Shown here: positions 18,846 to 27,014 of the stretch, in pieces | Layout of the letters: the number at the start of each line of letters is the position of its first letter | Position numbering within the stretch: the first letter of the stretch is position 1 | Source of the DNA: Vulcanimicrobiota bacterium | Lineage (GTDB): Bacteria > Vulcanimicrobiota > Xenobia > Xenobiales > JADMJV01 | Length of the DNA: 64,000 nt | Direction of reading: 5' to 3' | NCBI GenBank assembly: GCA_050250895.1 | Contig: JBFWNU010000006.1 | Span: forward strand, 379,720 to 443,719 | Translations under genes and position numbers: made by a program | The notes under the pieces: generated by a model | The model's database searches: none | Told to the model about the DNA's origin: nothing | What the model saw: only the letters and a program-made list of their open reading frames with translations

Positions 18846-19139
18846 CTAGGCGGCCAGGGCCGAGGCGAGCGCCCGTCCCACTAGAGGGCGGTCGAAAGCC
18901 ATCCCGAGTTGGCCGTCGTTGGCGCGCACAGCCAGACCTTCGACGGTGTGCAGTTCGCGAGCGCTAACCTGGATGGTCAACTTGATGCGACTGCCGATCG
19001 GCAGCTCTTGAGCTATTTGGAGGCGAGCCCCGGTGGCGCTGACATCTAGCAACTGGGCCATCGCGTAGGTCTTGTCGCGATGCAAGATGACGGCGGTGTC
19101 GGTTTTGGGGACTCGGTGGTTTTGGCGTCGCTCGATCAT
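18846..19139 (-). CDS. Stand-alone PilZ domain protein
   Basis: RxxxR (RQNHR) and DxSxxG (DVSATG) motifs intact. Confidence 0.9.
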   Translation of the reverse strand: MIERRQNHRVPKTDTAVILHRDKTYAMAQLLDVSATGARLQIAQELPIGSRIKLTIQVSARELHTVEGLAVRANDGQLGMAFDRPLVGRALASALAA

Positions 19140-19191
19140 ACTACTATCTTAAGGATCAAGGCTAAGAGAACGGTGTAAAACCGGCCCGCCA

Positions 19192-19231
19192 TGTGAACAG
19201 GATGTAAACGGGGTGTAACAACATTGTAACA
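19192..19231 (-). promoter_or_regulatory. Four direct repeats at exact 11-bp spacing (PhoP/OmpR-type box)
   Basis: Plus strand tgtgaa 19192, tgtaaa 19203, tgtaac 19214, tgtaac 19225. Confidence 0.6.
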
Positions 19232-19244
19232 TTCGCCGGTTGAC

Positions 19245-19265
19245 TTAGTGTTGAAAATACACGAA
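19245..19265. promoter_or_regulatory. NrtR-type palindromic operator
   Basis: TTAGTGT-TGAAAAT-ACACGAA: 21 bp, GT-N7-AC core, 6/7 arm symmetry, abutting TTGACT (-35-like) just upstream of the SPFH gene. Confidence 0.65.
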
Positions 19266-19274
19266 TATGAAGGC

Positions 19275-20225
19275 ATGCTTGGTATCCGATTCGTCAAATT
19301 CCCACCCACCCAATACCTGATCCACCATAGCGGCAGCCGGGTCCGCCGCGAGGGTCCGGGGCTCTCCTTCTTCTACTACGAGCCCACCTCCACGCTGGTT
19401 TCGGTTCCCCTGGGCTCGCGCGACCTCTTGTTCGTCTTCAAAGAGATGACGGCCGACTTTCAAGAGGTGACGGTTCAAGGCCAACTCACCTATCGGGTGG
19501 CTGACCCCCGACTTTTGGCAGGACTGCTCGACTACTCGGTCAACCATCGTGGCCAGTTCCTCAGCGATGACCCCGAGGCGCTCGATACCCGCCTGGTCAA
19601 TGCCGCGGCCGTGCAGGTGCGAGCCTCGCTCAAGCTCATCGACCTCAAGAGTGCACTGGTGAGTGTCGAAGAGATCAGCCGGGACGTGGTCCGCGGCCTC
19701 AGAGAGACCGAACTGATCCGGTCGTTGGGGCTGGAGATCCTGGATGTGAGCGTGGTTTCATTGAGGCCGTCATCCGAAATGGCTAGAGCCCTCGAGGCCG
19801 AGGCCCGGGAAGAGCTCAATCTTCGTTCGGATGAAGCTATCCATCGCCGGCGCAATGCCGCCGTCGAGCAAGAGCGCAAGATCCGCGAGAGCGAGATGGC
19901 TACCGAGCTGATGGTGGCCGAGAAGCGACGCCAGTTGCGCGAAGCCGAGGTGGCGGCCGACATCGCCGTCGAAGAGCAACGCTCGCATCTCATCGAGACC
20001 AGGGTGGCCAACGAACGAAAAGAGGCCGAGTCTCGCGCCTACGCCCTGGAGACGTTGTTGGCTCCGATGCGCGATGTCGAATGGCAGAAACTGGCCTCTA
20101 TCAACGGCGGTGGTGACGCCCGCTTGATGATGGCCGGGGCCTTTTCGCAGTTGGCCGAAAACGCGGCCAAGATCCAGAATCTCAACCTCAGCCCGGACTT
20201 GCTGGAAAGTCTGTTACGACGATGA
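19275..20225 (+). CDS. SPFH/band 7 domain protein (NrtX-like)
   Basis: MLGIRFVKFPPTQY...GLSFFYYEP...TADFQEVTVQGQLTYRV, then a coiled coil. Confidence 0.85.
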   Translation: MLGIRFVKFPPTQYLIHHSGSRVRREGPGLSFFYYEPTSTLVSVPLGSRDLLFVFKEMTADFQEVTVQGQLTYRVADPRLLAGLLDYSVNHRGQFLSDDPEALDTRLVNAAAVQVRASLKLIDLKSALVSVEEISRDVVRGLRETELIRSLGLEILDVSVVSLRPSSEMARALEAEAREELNLRSDEAIHRRRNAAVEQERKIRESEMATELMVAEKRRQLREAEVAADIAVEEQRSHLIETRVANERKEAESRAYALETLLAPMRDVEWQKLASINGGGDARLMMAGAFSQLAENAAKIQNLNLSPDLLESLLRR

Positions 20226-21181
20226 GCGACTACGACAAGATCGTGGTGGTGACGCGCAAGACTCGCTTCCAGGAGCTGGTCGAACGATTCAACACCGTGG
20301 CCCAGGCCCGCTTCTATATCGAGTATTCGGGTCATCAGTTCGCCGATTATGAATACGAGCACGAGTGCTATCAACGGGTGCTCGAGCAGTTACGTAAGGA
20401 ACTGGACCTGGGGCTCACGACCCTGTTTCTAGAACGCTCGATGGTGTCGACCTATCTGTTTGGGCCGCGCGACCTGGTGGTGGTGGTCGGGCCTGACGGG
20501 TTGGTGGCCAACGTGGCCAAGTATGCGGGCGAACTTCCGATCCTGGCCTTCAATCCCGACCCCCGTCGAAACGACGGGGTTCTACTGCCGTTTTCTCCCG
20601 GCCAGGCAAAGCCGGCCCTGGCGCTGGCCCTGCAGCAGCGACTACCCGAGCGTCGGGTTTCGATGGCGGTGGCGCAGACCGGGGATGGGCAGAGACTGAC
20701 GGCGTTCAACGACCTCTTCATCGGGGCCCGGACCCATGTCTCGGCTCGCTATCAGCTGCATTTCGGCGACCGCACCGAAGTGCAATCGTCAAGCGGGGTA
20801 TTGGTCTCGACCGGAGCCGGGTCGACCGGATGGCTCAGTTCTGTGTTTTCGATGGTGTCGGGGGTGTCCCAGGCCTTCGGAGGTCGGGCCACGCGCAAGC
20901 CCCGTCTCGACTGGGACTCGCAACAACTGGTGTTTATCGTGCGCGAACCGTTCGTCAGTCGCGGCAGCCAGGCCGGGGTGGTGGCGGGAATTATCGAACC
21001 GCATCAGCCGCTCCGCCTGTCGTCTTTGATGCCGTCCGGGGGAGTCGTTTTCAGCGATGGCATCGAGAGCGACTTCGTCGAGTTCAATTCTGGCTGCAGT
21101 CTGACGATCGCTCTGGCCGAGCATCAGGCTCGGCTGCTCCAACCGGTGTCTCGACCTGTGGCATGTAGCGGTGTAGCGTGA
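20222..21181 (+). CDS. NAD kinase-like protein (NrtY-like)
   Basis: VGPDGLVANVAKY, AFNDLFIG, SSGVLVSTGAGSTGW; ATGA overlap with the SPFH gene. Confidence 0.82.
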   Translation: MSDYDKIVVVTRKTRFQELVERFNTVAQARFYIEYSGHQFADYEYEHECYQRVLEQLRKELDLGLTTLFLERSMVSTYLFGPRDLVVVVGPDGLVANVAKYAGELPILAFNPDPRRNDGVLLPFSPGQAKPALALALQQRLPERRVSMAVAQTGDGQRLTAFNDLFIGARTHVSARYQLHFGDRTEVQSSSGVLVSTGAGSTGWLSSVFSMVSGVSQAFGGRATRKPRLDWDSQQLVFIVREPFVSRGSQAGVVAGIIEPHQPLRLSSLMPSGGVVFSDGIESDFVEFNSGCSLTIALAEHQARLLQPVSRPVACSGVA

Positions 21182-21557
21182 TAAAGGTGCGCATACCGTC
21201 GAGTCGGCTCTCGTAGACGCTCAGCAGCCAGCCCGAACGAGACGGGTCGACCACCTCGTAGCGACCCTCGCGAACCACCAGGTTGCGGGCGAAATCGATC
21301 CCCGATTCAAGGAAAATCTTGTCGATTAGGGGCTTGTGAAGTTCTCTCCACTCGGATCCGAGGTAACGACGATAGTGGCTGACCACGGTGTAGTAGTTGT
21401 CCGGGCTGCGAAAGCACTGAAAGTCTTCGCCGGCGGCCTCCTGAACCGAGTCGGGATAGATGGGTGAACACCCCCGTCCGAGAGTCTCTAGTTCTGAGCG
21501 CGAATACCAGCCCAGGACGGCGGCCGCTAGAATCACCAGTGCAAGAGTCTTCTTCAC
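21084..21557 (-). CDS. Exported or membrane-anchored hypothetical protein
   Basis: MKKTLALVILAAAVLGW N-terminus; co-directional downstream of the AAA+ gene. Confidence 0.65.
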   Translation of the reverse strand: MKKTLALVILAAAVLGWYSRSELETLGRGCSPIYPDSVQEAAGEDFQCFRSPDNYYTVVSHYRRYLGSEWRELHKPLIDKIFLESGIDFARNLVVREGRYEVVDPSRSGWLLSVYESRLDGMRTFITLHRYMPQVETPVGAAEPDARPERSSDCSQN

Positions 21558-21601
21558 TCCTGCAGTCTAGCCTAGAGAGCACACGGGCGCCGTGCCGATT
21601 A

Positions 21602-24600
21602 TCACGGAGCGGGTTCTTTCTTGCGCTTTTTGATGTGCTCGAGGGCCTCGACCACGTCTTCGATGGTGTCGGCTTCGCGCAGTCCGTCGAAGACCTTCAC
21701 CAGGCGCGGGTCCATCACGATGGTCTTGGAGCGTGGCCCGCGGATCGTATCGGCCACTCCTCGCAGCAGCGGCACGATCTGAAGAACATAATTGAGCGCG
21801 GCCTGGACAGCCTGGTTCTCTTCACTGGGGGCGCTCGCTGGCACAGGCTGAGGGGCGGCCGGGGGGGGCGCCGCGGGCGCTACAGCCACGGGAGCGCCAG
21901 CCGCCGAAAGCTGAACCGGCCGTTCGGCCAGGGCTTTGATGGCCTCGTTGAGTCCGCCCAGGTAGGGAGCCAGATCCACCGCTGGCGAGGGGCCGACTTC
22001 GCTCGGCACGGTCATCGTCTTCTGGCTGGCCGATTCGATGGTGTGACTGATCTCCTCGAGGCGCTCCGAGAGCACCCCCAGCAACGAGGTCACCCGCACC
22101 ATCGGGTCTTGCTCGTCGCCGCCGGCCAACTGGCGGCGGCCGAAGCTCTTCTTGATGTCGGTCCATCGGGCTCGCTGCGAGTCGCTCATGCGGTCGCGCA
22201 GTTCGGCCAGCTTCAACAGATTCTGCTCGGCGCCGGTGGTCAGAGTCTGCGACTCGCTAAGATAGTGATCGTCGATCAGTTGCTCGAGTTCGGCGTCGTT
22301 CATGATGGGCACGACCTTTTCGGCCATCTTATTCATGTTGCGATAGCTGCCCTGGAGCTTGAAGGCCGGTTCGGCCCGAAAGTTGTCGTCCATCGAAGCC
22401 GACCGGATATACTCCTGATTGACGCCGAGCAACACCTTCTGAATCACCAGCAGTTTCTGCAGCACCGACTTGATGTCTTCGAGTTCGACCGGCGTATAGT
22501 TGTGCTTGAGTTCCGAGGTGGGCACCGGCAGTCCCTGGGCCACCTGCACCAGTTTATACAGGTCTTCGGGCTCGCGGCCCGTCAGGGGAGCCAACACCGG
22601 ATTGCTGGTCAGCGAGTTCTCTAGATACGACAACTCGAAGAGGTCTTTTTTGCCCGAAAGTACATCGCCCAGATTATAGGTGTCGGCGCGGTTGGCCAGC
22701 ATGTCGGGGATCTGGAAGCGTCCGCCCGATTCGGTATAGGGGTTACCGGCCATCACGATGCAAAACCGTTTGCCTTTGAGATCGTAGGTTCGGGTCCGGC
22801 CCTTCCACACGCCCTCGATGCGGCGTTGGCCGTCGCACAACGAGATGAATTTCTGTAAGAACTCGGGGTCACAGTGCTGGATGTCGTCGAGATAGAGCAT
22901 CACGTTGTTGGCCATCTCGAGGGCAAAGTTGACCTTCTCGACCTCCTGGGCGGCGGTGGCGTTGTTGGCCTCGTTGGGGTCGAGCGAAGAAACCGAGTGA
23001 CCCAGAGCCGGTCCGTTGACTTTGACGAAGACCAGCCCGAGGCGACTGGCGATGTACTCCATCAAGGTCGTCTTGCCGTAGCCCGGCGGCGAGATCAAGA
23101 GCAGCATGCCCATCAGATCGGTGCGTTTGGTTTCGCCTACCGAGCCCATCTGTTTGGCCAGGTTGTCTCCGATGAGGGGAAGATAGACCTCGTTGATGAG
23201 CTTGTTGCGCACGAAGGCGCTCATCACTTTGGGCGTGTATTCTTCTAGCCTGAGCCGGTGCTTGTGCTCTTCGATCAGGTGGTGACGACTCTTTTGGTAG
23301 GCTCGATAGGCCGGAACCTTGTCGTAGCGGAAGGCCTCGAGACGAGTGAGAAACTCGTCGAGTCGGATCTCGAGGCTGCGGTCGTGCACCCGCGGATGCT
23401 GTCCCAAGAGGCCGCGCGCGGTGGTGCTGGTGACGGCGCTGGTGATCTCGCGTTCCACTACCCCCTCAGTGAGCAAAAGCACCGCGGCCTCTTCCTGGAC
23501 ATAGCGAGCCCGCAGGCGAGACTCGTGGTTGCTGCCGGCAAGATGGCGCACAAAGGCGGCGATCCAGGTTTTGGCCACCTCGACCTGACGGGAGATTTGC
23601 CCCTTGAGTCCGTCGAGGTGAGCTTTGAAAGTCCGCAGCGTGCCCACCTGCTCGAGGTGGCGCAAGAAGGCGTCTTTGACTTTGACCGCATCCCCGCTGG
23701 TCACGAAGCGGGTCGACGGGCTGCCCAGCTCTTGTAACAGATAGTTCCCGGCCTGGCGCAAGATCTCGGGTGCCACCTTCAGGCCGTGTTGGGAGCAGAA
23801 ATCGGAGACCGCCTCTTGCAACTCGCGAGCCATCTTCTTTTCGGCCCCGGTGGGCCCGAACGTGGTGTTGAGCAAGATGAGACTCCGGGCCTGATGCAGC
23901 CACTGGGTGGCCGTCTCTTTGTTGGTGCCAAACGACCAGCACAGCAGGCCCAGCGAGCGGGCCTTGGGCGAAAAGCGCAGCAATCCGGCGGTCTGGGAGA
24001 CCCGCACCAGACTCTCGAGCAAAATGGCCGCGTCGACATCGTGCACGCCGCGGTCATACCCCTCGTCGTAGCGTTCGGTGGCCACCTTGCGCACGATGGC
24101 CAGCAGCGGCCCGTGGGCTTCGGCTTTGGTGTCGGTCGAGCCGGCCTCGAGTAGGGCTTCGGTCAGCACCTTCATCGATAGTTCACCCGCCTGCCGCTCG
24201 GCGTCGTCGAGAATGCAATAGGCCAGGTATTCGGCGCGATACACCTCGGAGGTCTCGGAAACCAGCTCTTGGGGCCAAAACTCGCGCGTAGCTTCGAAGG
24301 CCTCATCTTTGAGGGGCTCAAAGTAATCGGTGCCCGTGATATGCAGGGCCATGCGATCATCCCTGGGCACCATGGTCAGCTCGATCGGCTCGGTGTTGAG
24401 ACTGAACTTGTGGCGCCCCAGCTTGACCACGGCCGCGCCCTCTTCGAAGAGGTCCTGGCGGTCGCGCAACCCACGGGCCGAATCCTGGCGGGCGACTTTC
24501 AAGCGTGACAGCAGCTCGTCGGCCTTGACCGGGTCAGACAGCTCGCGCAGGCGATCGGCCAGATCGCGAACCTTCATCACCATCGGGTCCGAGGCGAAAT

Positions 24601-27010
24601 AGGAATTGAGTTTGTCGGTGTCCTTGAGAGTGCTGGCTCGACGCACGATGCTCTCGATGATGCGCTCGCCTGACGTGACCAGTTGCGAGACGCGGCGCTG
24701 GCGCTGATCCACCAGGACCTGCTTCTTGGCCGAGAACGAGTTATAGACTTCTTCGCGCTTGGCGATCAGGTCGGCTACAAACTGGTCGTACTCGCCGAAT
24801 TTGGCCTCGAGTTCTTCCAGTTGCAACATGAGCGCCGACAGGCTCTCGTCGCACTTTTCTGGTGTGTCGGCCAGATTGAGCGTGCTGGAGACGTTCTGGG
24901 AAAACAGTTTGAAGCCGACCGAAAACTCGGCCACCGACTCCGACTCGCCCAGCTTCTTGCGCCGGGCCTCGACCAGGGCTCGCGAGCGGTTGAGGTTGCT
25001 GAGGACTTCCGAGATGTTTTCGAGGATCCTGGTGCGTAGGGTGGCATCGTCGACCTTGAGCGAGCCCACCACCTCGGAAAGCAGCTCGAGACCCTTGCCG
25101 ATGTGTTCGAGCTCTTCTTTGAGCGGCGCGACCTCGTTGGCTTTCTCGATACTGTCGATGCGGGCCGCAGCCGCATCGATCTGCTCAAGATAGGGACGGA
25201 AGGCTTGATCGGTGAGCAGGTACTCTACCGTGGCCGCCGAGATGGCGTCGAACCTCTCGAGGGCTGTTTTTTCCAGTTCGTCGAGTCTAGCCTGGTCGGC
25301 GTAGCGCATCTCGCGCAGAGTAATCAGGTGACCGCGCTGGGTCCGCAGACCATCGAGGGCGGTGACGTAGTCATCGAGCGACTTCCAGTCCTCGGGATGA
25401 AGCTTCTTGACCAGGGCCGTCAGCTGCTCGGTAGCCTCAGCCACGGCCGTGGTGGCCTGCTTCTTGAGGGTCTGGACCTTGTCGAACTCGGTCAGCACCA
25501 GTTCGGCGGTCTTGCGGACCTCGGTCAACACTTCGTGGATCTGGCCGACTTCTGGATGATCGAGCCAGTGATAGCTGTCGAGGCTGCGGTTGACCTGGTT
25601 GATCAAATCGAGGTAGGTGACCGTGGAAGGGGCCTGCTCTTGGATGCGTCGGCAGATCGAAAAACAATCCGACACTCCGTTGACCAGCTCGGTGTTGCCG
25701 ATCTTCTCGAGATAGACTCCCGAGCGTGGGGCCAGCTCGTAGATCTCGCGCGACACGAAAGGCGTTTGCCAGATCTGGACGGGGTGCACGGTAGCTGCCT
25801 CGGCGTTGGGCTCGCTGCGAAAGACCACCAGCTTACCATCGTCAAAAGTCGAGAATCCGTGACAGCGGATGGGTGCCGACATCTCACGACCGACCAGGTT
25901 GTAGGCCAATAGCACCATCTCGCCGGTTTCGGGGTTACGAAAGACGTACAGCACGTCTTCGCCGTTAGGGCTGACCACGGGAGGCCGCTCGAGCACCAGG
26001 TCATCGAACTCGCCGTCAAACTTGCGCAGCGTGCCCTCCAGGAGATAGTAGCCACCGGGAAACACGATGCCATGGTTATTGGGTAGCATGATGCACGACT
26101 TGCCGATAGCGTCGATACGATGCACCCTCTTGTCGCGGGTGTTGTAGACCAGGTGACGCCAGGTCTGTTCGCGGTAGGGAAGGATGCGCAGCAGAATCAG
26201 TTCGTCGGCGTCATGATACAGGATGGCCGCGTCGTGCAACGCTTGCTTGGAGTGCTCGACTTCTTCGCGGTAGACGCCCAGGCCGTCGTCGGTGTTGTCT
26301 TCGATCTTGACGGTAAGGTCACCCCCGACACACTCCACAAAGACCTTATTGGCGATGTTGACGTGAGGGTGAAGGCCTCGGATATGGTTGTCACGGGTGG
26401 TTTCGATCCACTCGAAGCTGTGGCTGGGGGGATAGGTGATGCTGGCCTTGTCGTGTTGGAAACTCAGGTTTCCGTCGCGGTTGAGGTTCCACTCGAGAGT
26501 GCGGCGGTCTTGCCTGGTCTCGCCCGTCTGAAACTCGGCCAGCAGACGGGATTCGTGGTAGCGCAACATCCGCAGCCGGACCCCTTTGTAGTAGCGAACC
26601 ATGTCGTCAAAGACCTTGACGAATTCGGGCTGGGCCAGAAAGTCGACCGGGTCGCCCTGGGATAGGGGGGGGAAATCGAAGCCGTCCTGTCTGGGTTCAA
26701 AGCGATGCAGGCTAAAGACATCACGCACCGCTGCGGTCTTCATGGTCATCTGCACGTTGTAACCGAAGAGCAGATGCTCTTTGACCGCGACGATGTCGGC
26801 GGGAATACAGGCGTGTTCGGTCCGAATCCGCTCGTTACCGATGATGCGCAGCTCTTCCGAACGAAAGATCTCGGCCCGCTTGCGGTTGAGGGCGTCGGTG
26901 CGGTCTTTGAGTTGGCGCGCCTGTTCGAGCAGGCGCGCCTTGAGGATCTCGTAAGCGCCGTGTTCGATCTCCTGGTTGCCCTCTGGGACCTGGGCTGGTG
27001 CTTCGGCCAT
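21602..27010 (-). CDS. Large AAA+ ATPase (DUF3686 / so-called DNA repair ATPase family), 1802 aa
   Basis: Walker A SPPGYGKTT, Walker B MLYLDD, sensor MAGNP, PDMLANR; beta-rich N-terminus and long coiled coil. Confidence 0.9.
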   Translation of the reverse strand: MAEAPAQVPEGNQEIEHGAYEILKARLLEQARQLKDRTDALNRKRAEIFRSEELRIIGNERIRTEHACIPADIVAVKEHLLFGYNVQMTMKTAAVRDVFSLHRFEPRQDGFDFPPLSQGDPVDFLAQPEFVKVFDDMVRYYKGVRLRMLRYHESRLLAEFQTGETRQDRRTLEWNLNRDGNLSFQHDKASITYPPSHSFEWIETTRDNHIRGLHPHVNIANKVFVECVGGDLTVKIEDNTDDGLGVYREEVEHSKQALHDAAILYHDADELILLRILPYREQTWRHLVYNTRDKRVHRIDAIGKSCIMLPNNHGIVFPGGYYLLEGTLRKFDGEFDDLVLERPPVVSPNGEDVLYVFRNPETGEMVLLAYNLVGREMSAPIRCHGFSTFDDGKLVVFRSEPNAEAATVHPVQIWQTPFVSREIYELAPRSGVYLEKIGNTELVNGVSDCFSICRRIQEQAPSTVTYLDLINQVNRSLDSYHWLDHPEVGQIHEVLTEVRKTAELVLTEFDKVQTLKKQATTAVAEATEQLTALVKKLHPEDWKSLDDYVTALDGLRTQRGHLITLREMRYADQARLDELEKTALERFDAISAATVEYLLTDQAFRPYLEQIDAAAARIDSIEKANEVAPLKEELEHIGKGLELLSEVVGSLKVDDATLRTRILENISEVLSNLNRSRALVEARRKKLGESESVAEFSVGFKLFSQNVSSTLNLADTPEKCDESLSALMLQLEELEAKFGEYDQFVADLIAKREEVYNSFSAKKQVLVDQRQRRVSQLVTSGERIIESIVRRASTLKDTDKLNSYFASDPMVMKVRDLADRLRELSDPVKADELLSRLKVARQDSARGLRDRQDLFEEGAAVVKLGRHKFSLNTEPIELTMVPRDDRMALHITGTDYFEPLKDEAFEATREFWPQELVSETSEVYRAEYLAYCILDDAERQAGELSMKVLTEALLEAGSTDTKAEAHGPLLAIVRKVATERYDEGYDRGVHDVDAAILLESLVRVSQTAGLLRFSPKARSLGLLCWSFGTNKETATQWLHQARSLILLNTTFGPTGAEKKMARELQEAVSDFCSQHGLKVAPEILRQAGNYLLQELGSPSTRFVTSGDAVKVKDAFLRHLEQVGTLRTFKAHLDGLKGQISRQVEVAKTWIAAFVRHLAGSNHESRLRARYVQEEAAVLLLTEGVVEREITSAVTSTTARGLLGQHPRVHDRSLEIRLDEFLTRLEAFRYDKVPAYRAYQKSRHHLIEEHKHRLRLEEYTPKVMSAFVRNKLINEVYLPLIGDNLAKQMGSVGETKRTDLMGMLLLISPPGYGKTTLMEYIASRLGLVFVKVNGPALGHSVSSLDPNEANNATAAQEVEKVNFALEMANNVMLYLDDIQHCDPEFLQKFISLCDGQRRIEGVWKGRTRTYDLKGKRFCIVMAGNPYTESGGRFQIPDMLANRADTYNLGDVLSGKKDLFELSYLENSLTSNPVLAPLTGREPEDLYKLVQVAQGLPVPTSELKHNYTPVELEDIKSVLQKLLVIQKVLLGVNQEYIRSASMDDNFRAEPAFKLQGSYRNMNKMAEKVVPIMNDAELEQLIDDHYLSESQTLTTGAEQNLLKLAELRDRMSDSQRARWTDIKKSFGRRQLAGGDEQDPMVRVTSLLGVLSERLEEISHTIESASQKTMTVPSEVGPSPAVDLAPYLGGLNEAIKALAERPVQLSAAGAPVAVAPAAPPPAAPQPVPASAPSEENQAVQAALNYVLQIVPLLRGVADTIRGPRSKTIVMDPRLVKVFDGLREADTIEDVVEALEHIKKRKKEPAP

Positions 27011-27014
27011 GCGA

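Noticed and set aside
21602-27010. ATPase as an SMC/Rad50 DNA-repair protein
   Set aside because: Walker A and B lie together in one C-terminal AAA+ module rather than being split by the coiled coil, and there is no ABC signature.
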